The notes under the pieces are model-generated. The model was given only the letters and a program-made list of their open reading frames with translations, did not search any database and was not told where the DNA came from. A stretch of 64,000 nt of DNA from positions 512,001-576,000 of the forward strand of contig CBDHHL010000056.1 of assembly GCA_965263355.1 (NCBI GenBank), read 5' to 3'. The stretch is from Leptolyngbyaceae cyanobacterium. GTDB taxonomy: Bacteria > Cyanobacteriota > Cyanobacteriia > Phormidesmidales > Phormidesmidaceae. Positions within the stretch are counted from its first letter, which is position 1. Each line of letters begins with the position of its first letter. Positions 1 through 11,200 of the stretch are shown piece after piece. Position numbers and translations under genes: made by a program.

Positions 1-99
1 GGAGTAGAAGTTATCGTAACTCGAAATAAATCCGATTTTACTGCCTCTGCCATTCCCGCATTGTTACCAGACGAGTTTCTAGCAATGTCATTAGAGTAA
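1..99 (+). CDS. 3' end of a PIN-domain (VapC-like) protein, partial at window edge
   Basis: Frame 1 reads GVEVIVTRNKSDFTASAIPALLPDEFLAMSLE*. IVTRNxxDF is the typical PIN C-terminal motif. An attC-like site follows directly. Confidence 0.65.
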   Translation, partial: GVEVIVTRNKSDFTASAIPALLPDEFLAMSLE

Positions 100-114
100 G
101 TCAATGATGTCGCC

Positions 115-201
115 GTCTAACAATTCAAATGCAGCGGACGGTTGAGGACTTCTATATTTGTGTGTAAGGTTGCTTATCGCCGCTGATTTGAGTCGTTATC
201 G
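115..201 (+). mobile_element. Integron attC-like recombination site
   Basis: R'' GTCTAAC at 115-121 and R' GTTATCG at 195-201. Arms AACAATTCAAAT-G-CAGCGG and CCGCTGATTTGAGTCGTT pair with one extrahelical G. Starts 15 bp after a stop codon. Confidence 0.8.
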
Positions 202-480
202 AGAACAAATCCCAGCTAAATATTGTTTACGAGTCAAGGGGGCAAAATTTATGCTTCTTAGGCTCATGGATAGAATTTATCAGGAGGCTGGGTACCTGTA
301 AGATGAGGTTATTCCTTGCTAAACGTTCCCTCATTTGCTCCTGACAGTTAACCAAAGCTTAGTGTCAGATATGAGAATTTCGCGCTTTTTTGTTGTTATT
401 ATAGCGATCGCAACCGAGAACTTAATTGTACAATTGCACAAAATTTGTAAGGCTTAATCAACTTCATTAGCTAAAATCTT

Positions 481-972
481 TCAGATTTCTATCCACAGTA
501 GCTTTAGCCTACGCTCAAAAGCACCTCGGTCCAAATGTCTTTGCATCTGACATGCCTGAATTTGATTCCGTTGGATATTGTGGACAGTTGCGATCGCATA
601 AATAATTTCCAAAATATCCGCCAGTTCCCTTACAAGGTCGTCATCGACCATTTTTACAGCTACCTGCACCTTTTCATCTAGCAAATGCCATAGCGCCTGA
701 TAATACTCAGCTTGCTTCATTTCCTCAACGGCATACCCTATATTCCGACTTTCCAAAATTTCTGGCATGCGGTCCCTGCCCAGCTTATTGCAGTCTTTAC
801 GAACCAACACATTGGCAACATCCTCTCCAGGTGACAAATACGCCATAGTGTAATCGTTTTGTGGAGCCGAACGACGAAGTAATCGTAGACAATTTTCTGC
901 ATCCGACCGTTGCCGAAACCGATTAACCACTACCCGCCGCATTTTTGGTAGCAAGCGAATAATGGCCCACAC
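481..972 (-). CDS. Small basic cyanobacterial domain fused to a MazG-like / phosphoribosyl-ATP pyrophosphohydrolase-like domain, probably degenerate
   Basis: C-half has NKLGRDRMPEIL...RELADILEII...RGAFERRLKLL. N-half WAIIRLLPKMRRVVVNRFRQRSDAE resembles a small cyanobacterial protein family. Confidence 0.6.
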   Translation of the reverse strand: MWAIIRLLPKMRRVVVNRFRQRSDAENCLRLLRRSAPQNDYTMAYLSPGEDVANVLVRKDCNKLGRDRMPEILESRNIGYAVEEMKQAEYYQALWHLLDEKVQVAVKMVDDDLVRELADILEIIYAIATVHNIQRNQIQACQMQRHLDRGAFERRLKLLWIEI

Positions 973-1081
973 ATGCTAATGGACTAACACTCATCAAAAA
1001 ACAGTTGAATCAGGTCAAACCGGAATGAGACACTAGCATAGAGTGCATTCCGGTATTATCAGCTTGGGAAGGGCTGAACTA

Positions 1082-1139
1082 GAAATCATTTTCTAGAAAT
1101 AAACGGATTTTGTCAACTCAATTTCTAGAAAATAATTTC
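1082..1139. promoter_or_regulatory. Candidate XRE operator pair in a divergent promoter region
   Basis: 19-bp inverted repeat GAAATCATTTTCTAGAAAT (1082-1100) / ATTTCTAGAAAATAATTTC (1121-1139), 18/19 match. A minus-strand TTGACA (1111-1116) lies between the arms. Confidence 0.55.
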
Positions 1140-1142
1140 CAT

Positions 1143-1364
1143 ATGACATCATCTCAGTCTGGACAAGTTAATTTCAAGCAACTGCGGGAGCAGGCTGGCC
1201 TTTCTCAGGAAGCCCTAGCACGAGTTATTGGTGTTAGTAGCAAGACCGTTAGCAATTGGGAACGTGGTATAAGTGTGGCTAGTTTGACAGTGCCTCAAAT
1301 GAAAACGCTTTGTGATTCCTTAAATGTGACGCTAGATAATTTGCCTGACGACTTCAGTTCATAA
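1143..1364 (+). CDS. XRE/Cro-family helix-turn-helix transcriptional regulator
   Basis: LREQAGLSQEALARVIGVSSKTVSNWERG HTH_3 signature. ATG 1143 preferred over TTG 1110. Confidence 0.9.
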   Translation: MTSSQSGQVNFKQLREQAGLSQEALARVIGVSSKTVSNWERGISVASLTVPQMKTLCDSLNVTLDNLPDDFSS

Positions 1365-1538
1365 AATGTGGATATTCAGAATGCAGTAATCTCTCTAGAT
1401 ATCCCACTATACGGAACCAGTGTCTTGCCGATAAAGGTAGCTAATCCTGTTACTTAAATTCCACCTGTTTTGACGCTTATACGTTAGCCGATAAGACAAT
1501 ATTTACCTGGCTTAGTTTCTTCCAAAGAATGGTAACAT

Positions 1539-2066
1539 CTAGTTTTCTACAGGACGATACGAAATCCCTCCTTCATCGTCATCATAATATTCTTCCATGC
1601 CGACGGAGGCTAAAGACCTCTCCCTTGGACGTTGCGATGCAAATCCACGTAAAGTTTTAGCGGTTGAATCCGATGCCAGCAATGCAGCCCACTTAAACAG
1701 TCTTTTTACATTGAGGCCCATTTTCTCAGCCACATGGGAAATAACTGGTAGGTGCAACAGATTCTCGCGTAAATCTATGCGAAAGTCCTCAATTACATGT
1801 GCTAATAGGGCAATCTTCAATGAATTTTCATCACCATTTCGAATTGCAATTGTTGCAAACCGGCTACTAAAACCAAGGATTAAAGGTCTGATATCATCTG
1901 AAATGATATTCTTTATTTCTTTGGCTTCGGCGGCGGTAACAGAACTATATATTAGTGCAAGTTCTCTAAACTCGTTATCTAATTTTCCAGGAATTGTTTT
2001 CCCGTATCCGACCCACTTCATTTTATCAAAGGTGGCCAAGATTTCTAGAACTCTACTCTTACTCAT
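1539..2066 (-). CDS. Putative immunity protein of the upstream RHS toxin
   Basis: 175-aa ORF without a signal peptide, co-oriented and directly downstream of the toxin gene. Call is positional. Confidence 0.6.
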   Translation of the reverse strand: MSKSRVLEILATFDKMKWVGYGKTIPGKLDNEFRELALIYSSVTAAEAKEIKNIISDDIRPLILGFSSRFATIAIRNGDENSLKIALLAHVIEDFRIDLRENLLHLPVISHVAEKMGLNVKRLFKWAALLASDSTAKTLRGFASQRPRERSLASVGMEEYYDDDEGGISYRPVEN

Positions 2067-2133
2067 TATTTTCGACTAAATTTAGACTTGATTGATAGCT
2101 TAGAAAGCAAAATTAATTAAATTCCAACATTTC

Positions 2134-2167
2134 GATGTACAGACGTTCCATGGAATGTCTGTACATC
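2134..2167. repeat. REP-like palindrome
   Basis: GATGTACAGACGTTCCATGGAATGTCTGTACATC is a near-perfect palindrome, similar to the cyanobacterial GTAGAGACGTTCCATGGAACGTCTCTAC repeat. Confidence 0.7.
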
Positions 2168-2208
2168 ATCTATACTCTGGAATTTCTAATAGCTTGCTTC
2201 TCAATGCT

Positions 2209-5200
2209 CTATGGGCTCGTTGTACCAGTTGGTATTGCCCAACCATTGCGTATAGTATACCCAGCATCTTGTAACTGATTTAACTCTCTCCTATAAACTG
2301 TGTACTTGTATTTCTCACCGGGTGGCTTTTTCAAGGTTGACTTTTTAACTGGACTTACAAGCTTCACTGGTCTCCCTCCATCGATTGCACCTTGAAGCCA
2401 TGCATCGTTTACTTCAGGAGACCAGCCCTTCTTTGTCGTAACATTGAGCCAATGAAATCCTTGCTCAGGACCAACTCTAGAGGTATCGTCGAGACGCCCA
2501 ATAATAGAAGTCATACTGCTTGTTGCTGATTCTTGATACCATTCCCAACCAAGTATGGCCTGATTAGGATTTTTTTTGAATTTTTGATGATATCTTTCGT
2601 TAAATTCGCCGAAGGAGTTTATCAATCGTTTTGATGTGCCAATCTTATTGGCTACGACTGATCTTCGCTGAAAAGAACGTCTAAGATTACTGCGAGCACC
2701 GAGTATTCCCAAGCCAGACAACCCAGTCTGAAGCAGATCTCTCCAGGGGATTTCACCATTACAGCTTTCCCTCCAATTTCGATAGGCCCGCAGACCCGAT
2801 TCCCCTGTTTGATAAATATTGGCTCCTACATTTGTTAATTGAGCAAGACGAATACCATTCCTTGCCCATCGATTAAACTTAACAAAATCAGTTCCACGCT
2901 TTAACGATTGAGACCGATTTACCCAGGATGCGACTTTACCCACCTTGTCTGCATTTCTAACAGCGCCTGCTCCTCCAGGAATTGGTAGCAATAATGCTCC
3001 CACATCAGCCGTAATACCTACCCCATCAATCGCTGCATTTTTCCAGTCTCTTCTGCGTAAATTCACTCCTAATGATGTCACACCAACCCCTAGAGAGAGG
3101 AGATCCCAGCCTGATTCAACATAATTTCCAGTAGGATCAACATAATTCGGAGAACTATTGAAAACATACCGATAGAGATTCGCATCCCCAGCAGCAAATC
3201 CAATCGGATCTTCACTGATAAAGCGTCCTACACCAGAGTCGTAATAGCGTGCCCGATAGAAATACTGCCCACTCTCTTGGTCAAGCTCCCGTCCTGTATA
3301 TCCAAACCTAAAGTAAGCCGTAGTATTACTCTGATTTGTAACCTGTCCAAAAGAATCATAGGCGATGTGATTCAGCACCGTACCCTGGTTATTAATCACA
3401 TCCCGCACACTACCTTGATGGTCCGTCAAGGCCCAACGAGTTTCCCTGTTGGCAGTTTCTTCTGCTAGTATCTGGTCCACCTGCGGACCATGCAGATAGC
3501 GATAGGTCTGATTACCGTCACTGTCAAAGACGAGGGCAATATGGTCACCGTCGTAGACAAATCGTTCTTCTGTTGGCGCTTCTACACCTTCACCATCAGC
3601 ATCCACCACCTTAGCAATACGTCGATCATAAGCATCATAGGTGTAGGCTACTTCTCTGGTAACGCTACCATCACTACTTGTGGTCACCATTGCCGTCAGA
3701 CGATTGCGATGATCCCAGGTGTAGTCAGTGACTTCGTCCGTAGCGATGTCAACTCGGCGAGTACGGTTACCTTCGTTATCGTATTCGTAAGTATATGTAC
3801 CATCGCTTAGCAAACGATTATGGTCTCCAGTTGTATTGCTTGTGCGGTTACCAGTAGCGTCGTAGCTATACGCTTCATCATCTTGATGGTTGTAGTCAGC
3901 ACTCGTTAGCTCACTACGGTTGTTATAGCGATAGTCACTGATACCATCTGGCGTGACTAGCTGGGTTAACCGATCAGCGGCATCGTAGGTAAACCCATAG
4001 TTAGCCAGAATATCTGTACCGTGCTGATGCGTGAGACTTGTTGGCCTGCCTGCTGCATCGTAACGGTAGGCTGTTTCAGCTACAGTCTGGGTTCCTGCCA
4101 AGTCACTAAAGCGGCTTACCCCGGTCATCTGACTGGCCGCATCGTAGGCCATGTCCACTCGTTTCTCGGCTATCCCATTACCACTCTGGGTGACTTGGGT
4201 AACCCGATTCAGCAAATCATAGGCAAAGGTTTCCACACCAACTTGAATGCCATCAATACTGTCAGTAACACTTGTCAGATTATTGGCCTCATCATAGCCA
4301 TAGGTAAAGACGACATGGGATACACCAGGCGTATTGCTGTTATCAACCTCAATTAGTCGTCCGGCTAAATCATAGTCATAGGTGTAGACAGCATCGGGAT
4401 CACTAAGAGACTTAAGCTGGCTGGCCACATCATACCCATAAGTAATTGTGCGTATTAGGTTGTTATCATCATCTAACCATTGCTCAGTGTCTAATCGATT
4501 GAGGGCGTCATAAGCAAAGGTTTGGGTCCGACCATTGCGATCAACTCGCAATATTAGGTTACTGGCTTCGTCGTAGTCATAGGTGCGAGTCAGATCCACA
4601 CCATCCACCGTAATCGTCTCGGTCGTTAACAGGTCTCGCTCATCATAGGTGTAGCTTGTAACATTATCCGACGCATCCGTAATCGAGAGAATGTTACCCT
4701 CGTTATCGTAGGTAGTTGTTGTTGCCTGTTCCAGAGCATCAATGGTCTTGGTTTGACGGTTGAGTTTGTCATACTCATGGCGAGTTTGGTTGCCTAAGGT
4801 GTCGGTAAGGGATGTCAGGTTACCAACACTGTCATACTCATAGGTGAGTGTATGACCAAGTGCATTTGTTGTACGGGTCAAGAAGTCGCGACCATCGTAA
4901 TCGTAACGTGTTGTGCGGCCTAGCTCATCGGTGACTAAAACAACATTGCCGACTTCATCGTAACGAGTTTCTGTTGTGGCCCCATAGGCATCAATCGTAC
5001 GTGTCTGACGGTTGAGATTGTCATAGCTGTAGTTCACCACTCGTCCTAATTCGCCAGCCACTTGGATGAGATTTCCAAAGGCATCGTACCTGTAGTTCGT
5101 GCTATGGTTTAGCGGATCGGTGACTTGGGTTAAACGATTTAAGCTATCGTAAGTATAGGTGGTCTCCCGACCCAGTTCATCAATGGTGGAAAGCATATTA

Positions 5201-8200
5201 CCCACCCCGTCATAGCGATAGCGCATCTCCCCATCCAACGCATTGGTCGTCAAGACTAACCGATTGCGCACATCATAGGTGTAGCGTGTTTCATTCCCCC
5301 GCTGGTCAACAGAAACTGCAATATTCCCCACCTCGTCATAACTAGTTTGGGCTCGATTGCCAGCTGCATCCTCAATCTCAATCAAACGGCTGAGATGATC
5401 ATAGCGGTACCGTGTAATATGACCATTGCGGTCTCTCACAGCAACTAGATTATCCGCCGCATCATAGTCATAGTCTGTAAAGCGCTCTGTAGCATCTCGA
5501 ATTAAGATTAATCGTTGCCGTGCATCATAGAAATAGTTAGTGCGATTGCCTGCCGCATCCTCAATCATTGTGAGATTGTTATCCGCATCATACTGGTAAG
5601 TGATGGTGCCTCCCTCTGCATCGGTTTCCGCGATCAGTCGACTGCGTGCATCATGCTGATAGGTAGTCGTCTCTCCACGGGCATTGGTCATGGCTACCAA
5701 ATTACCTGCCTGGTCGTACACATAATCTGTTGTTTGGTCATCTGCATCCAACTGCTGGGTAAGGCGGTTTAGGGGATCATAAGCAAAGGATGTGGTATTT
5801 CCCCTGGCATCGGTCGTCTTAATCAGATTACCCGCCGCATCATAACCAAATAAGGTAACTGGTGCCTGCTGATCACCTGCGCCATCCGGGTCCGCATCCA
5901 CCTGCCGGATGAGACGGTTCATCACATCGTACTCATAGGTAGTGACGTTGTCATTCTCATCAATAAATTGAGTCAGATTACCGACTGTATCATAGCTAAA
6001 CAACTGGGTGGCTTCATCGGCAGTCCCCTTTGCCAAGGTGAGTTTGACCAACCGTCCAAGGTTATCGTAGTCATAGTCTTTCACCCGACCCAAATCATCA
6101 GTTTCAAAATCAACTAGGCCTGCATCAGTGTAGGTGTAGGTGGTGACAATATCATCACTGCCACCTTCTTCGCCAATCACATGACGCATTTCCAGCGTAT
6201 TTCCGTTTGTGCTATCTACTGTAAACAGAGTAGTACTGCCCAGCTCATCAGTAACTGAAGTGAGTTGACTAAAAGTATTGTCATAAGTGAACAACTTGGC
6301 ATTGACTAGCTCTCGTCGGTCGATAGCAGTTAACGGTGTCTCTGGTTCATCGGCAGGGTCTTCTGATAAGACACTCAGCTGATTAAGAAGAATATAACTA
6401 TTTTGTCGATCATGAAGCAGAACATCCGGTTCCTCGTCTAAGTTGAAATTACCAGTTAACAACGCATCTATATCAGATGGAATGGCATAGTCCTGATAGC
6501 GTTGACTATCTTGAAAATCAAATTGTCCGGTTTCATTGCCCAACAGTACTGATAGGATTGAATTGGGATATTTTCCAGCGGAAAGAATCAAATCGGCATG
6601 GCGATCATTATTAATATCGGCAATAGCAAGATTAGGTTCATCATTACTACTATCAAAACGGGTGATATTTTGAAGCTGTTGCTCACTAAACGAACCATCC
6701 CCACGACCTAAGAAGGTTTGCAAATAATAGCGATTGCTATCGTCTCCATCTTCATAGGTCAATGCGATATCGAGACTGCTATCACTATTTAGGTCTGCAA
6801 GCTTTAACCGAAAGTGATAGAGGAAAGTCTGTGTATCAGAACCTGGTGAAATTTGCTGAGCAAAGCTTTGGGTAAATGAACCGTCAATACTTCCCAACAA
6901 AGCAGCAAGGAAAACATCATTGTTATTGGTATCGTTCTCTAAATTCCCTCGACGCAAGTACACCAGATCATCTAAACCATCATGATTGATATCGGCAATT
7001 TGGGTAATAGATTCCCCATCATGATAGTCATTTGCATCATTGAGACTCACAACCGACGATGACGCTTCTTGGAAGTCACCTGTTTCATCACCCAGCCAAA
7101 TTACTAGTTCTGTAGTGTTGTCGTTACCCGCAACAAGATATGAAAAGTCAAGATTGCGATCGCCATTGAAATCCCCTACATTCAGATGCATAATTTGACT
7201 GGCAAAGAGCCATGGTGTTCCAACGGCTAGGGTTCTATTCTCATCAGTAATAATCGGTACAATCTGACTGAGTTCGGTCTGATAGTCATAGGTTGCTGCC
7301 AGAATATCTAATATCCCATCCTGGTTAAAGTCACCAGTAGCAACACTTTTAACAGTAGCGTCTAATTCAAATGCAATGGGTGTTACAAATGTGGCATCAC
7401 CATTATTAATTTGAAGAAAAACAGAATTCAGAGAATAATCTATCGACAGAAGATCGTCAAATCCATCACTATTGAAATCAGCAACCATGAGTTGTTCACG
7501 ACCTGGGGTCTCAAATGATTGAACAGTTCTATCAGGGAGGGGTAGCGTTAACTCAAAATCACCATTTCTTTGATTTAAGAGAATTGAAATGAATCCAGCT
7601 AACCCATTGCTACTAGCAACTGCAATGTCTGCAAAACCATCTTGGTTAAAGTCTTCAATAGTCAGTGTTACAGGCCATTCACCAACAGCATAATTGGCTG
7701 ACTCAATGAATTCTCCATTGCCTTGATTCAGGAGTACTGACAAGCTACTGTCCGATTCATTGGCTGTCAGAATGTCTAGGTATCCGTCGTTATTAATGTC
7801 CTTTAACTGCAATGAATCAGGTGCTGACTGAAACGAATCTCCATAGTCCCCAATGGTATAATCAGTTGCCAGTGTAAATTCAGTATTCGTCTCAGTCGAA
7901 TTAAGTAAGACAGATACTGTATCAGTCTCACCATTTACAGTAACGATATCGAGCTGATTATCACCATTAAGATCAGCTACCTTAACCTGGTGAGGTTGTT
8001 GACCAACAACATAATGTTCTACTTGAGTCAACGGTATTTCTGCGTTTCCAAAGAGCACTGTAACCGTTGTGTTATTCGTTTGGGTCGAGATAATATCATC
8101 AAACCCATCAGCATCTAAGTCCGCAATGGTGAAAGCGTTAGTTGCGTTGAGTGTTCCATCTGCACTGACTGTATTATGCGTGATAGGAGTAGAAAAGTTG

Positions 8201-11200
8201 CGATCGCCCTGATTGAGGAAAACCTCAATGCCGCCAACATTATTGGGGGTATTGATTTCAGCCTGTCTGACAATATCAATTTCACCATCACCGTTGACAT
8301 CGGCAAGTGCCATATGACCAATGTCATTGCTTTCGTTCAATGTTTCAAGATCGACCTGATCACTCAGGGCACGCTCTGGATTACCGAAGATAATAACCGG
8401 TTCGGATTTGGTATTGTAGAGGATGTCCTTGAAACCATCGTTATCGAAATCCGTGACCAGAATGTTATTTCCACTCTGATCATAATCGCCGCTAAGTCTG
8501 TTATCTCTAAGAGATACTTGTTCTACAAAGGTGCCATCACCATTGCCAAAGGCAACCGCTATTCCCCCTCTGTTGCTGCCAGAATCATTGACAATAATAT
8601 CTTGATTACCATCCCCATCTACATCATCAACGGCAATCGCGGCACCACTATGGGGCTGATTCTCAAAGGAAATACTATTACCGGCGCTAAAGCCCCCTTG
8701 GGCATCTCCAAAGAACAAAGAAATATGGGACGAGTAAGGAGTATCATTAGAACTCACCGACACTAAATCCAGATAGCCATCGTTATTTAAATCTTTGGCC
8801 ATTACTCGTTTAGGGGCCACAACTGGGAAATAGCCAGAATTACCAAATAGCTGAGAAGTAGCACTATCTGCATCAGAGCTACCTTGATTAACGATTCCAC
8901 TGGCAGAATAACCACTCTCCGACAGTTCATCCACCATACGAACTAGGTTGCCACGTTCGTCATATTCAAATGTAGTTGACTTGTTACGTCCAGTTGACAG
9001 ATTTTCTACTAGATTAGCGCTATTGCGTTGAACTGTATATTGAGTACCGACCTGGTCACGAACAGATACTGCTTGACCTGCCACATCTAAAGCCGTTATT
9101 TTTACTTGGCCACGTCCATCGCTGTAAGTAACTTGTGAACTATCGGGTGCATCAGGTAGTTTAGGTGCCACCAGAGGATCTTCAGAGGTTCTTTCTGGTT
9201 TATAAAGACCTTCTACCTGAGGAGGGTTCACCTTAATAATACGCCCATCTTTACCAATCGCTTGTTTGGCACGACCGGCAAAGTCATAAACAGCTTTTTC
9301 CTGATAGCCTCGCTTATCGATTTCACTGACCATATGACTTTTGTCATCGTAAATAAATTGACGACTAGTGCTATCAGGATCAGTAATATGCGTTAAATTA
9401 CCGTTAATGTCATACGTTAATAGCGTTTCACGATTAGCTGGATCAATAATCTTGGAGATACGTTCGTTAGTATATTCAAACCGGGTAGAGAGACCAACTG
9501 GATCAATAATCTCTGTAAGTTGTCCAATTGCATTATAAACATGCTGGGTTTGATTACCATTACGATCCGTAATCGAGACTAGGCGATTATTACTGTCAAA
9601 TGCATAAACTGTTTGTTCGTTAGTATATTCAAACCGGGTAGAGAGACCAACTGGATCAATAATCTCTGTAAGTTGTCCAATTGCATTATAAACATGCTGG
9701 GTTTGATTACCATTACGATCCGTAATCGAGACTAGGCGATTATTACTGTCAAATGCATAAACTGTTTGTTCTTTATCAATCCGCTGGAAGGTACCATTCT
9801 CAAGCTTTTTGAGTGTTGAAAAGTCACCGGGGGGAGCCACATATTCACCCTCGTTTTCAAATACAATTTCTGAGCCATTCCCATCAATGATGAGAACAGA
9901 CCCATCAGCATTTTCAATCAGCTCCTGAACACCTGCAATCCCCCAACCATTTCCAAGCTGGCTGCGAGTGCCATTAACATGCACAATGTTATTGGTAATA
10001 GTGCTAGAACGCCCTGAGAAACGACCATCCGACAATGCATAGATACCCGCTTGCAGATCATATTCATAGACACCAGACGCCAAGTCCTTCAGATTGGCTT
10101 GAATGGCAGGTTTTGCAGAAATACGGCCTCCAGTTTGAGTGCGTGATGGTACATTCCAAAAATGTTCACCACCCTCAAGACCATATTTTCCACCTTCATA
10201 ACCAGGTACTTCATATTCAAAATCACCCTGTTTGAAGGAAAGCTTAGAAATAACCCTAAACGTACTTTGTCTTGTACCATTGGCAGCAAATGTGAGTGGA
10301 ATATCAACATTAAAGTGAACAATAGGACTTGGATCTGCCCGCAGTGAATCGTAGGCTAGTGTTACTCCCCTAGAAATTCCTAACGACTGATATGAAACCA
10401 ATTCATGGGTTTCAATGATACCACCTGAAGCCAGATTTACATTCGAGGTGAAGGGAGCATCTTCTTCGTTGGCACCACAATAATGATCAGGATTACGTGG
10501 ATCACCACCACCTAAGTTAATTAATCCTCCAAGCGGCATAAAGAAATGCCATGAACTGTTGCGAATACCACCTTCAATTGTTTCAACAGAGTTACCATCC
10601 TCTGAAACAATACCAGTCCCCACTATTTCAAAATCCCCTGTAGTGGGGTTAATGGACCATAGCTCCATCTCCATACCGGCTGACCAACCTGCCCGGTTGG
10701 GTAGAGTTAATTGTGCCGGTATGTCAAATGCCATTTCCCCTGGCTGAATGGTGACCACCAGATCAGGAGATAGCCCTTCGGGTAATACAGCTGGTGTTAA
10801 ATCTGTAGGTACCTCTGAAATAGTGAATTGCCCGTCAAAAGGATTCCCTTCACGATCACTGAGCGAGTTTGCCGCTATAAAGACTTCAGCACCAAGACTG
10901 GCATTGGTAACGGTAATATTGTCCTGACTATCGATAGTTTGTTCATTATTAATAATATCTAAAGCGGGCAAGTAAATCGGACGCTCAATGACATTGTTCA
11001 CCCCTGCATAAAGATTGTGGCCTAGCACCAGGTCAATCTTCTCGGCTACATAGGGAAATACTTCTCCCGTAGGACTCTCATACTCGGTACCGTAAAACTT
11101 AAGCGTATCCGCTGCACCTGCAGGGCTAAAGGAAAGGTCATGGCCCATAAACTGACTCCAAGCTAGCATAAAGCCAGTCCCCCCTTGAGCGTCGGGAATC

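Noticed and set aside
1440..1490. GTTAGCC at ~1483 as a third attC
   Set aside because: No matching R'' box or paired arms upstream.
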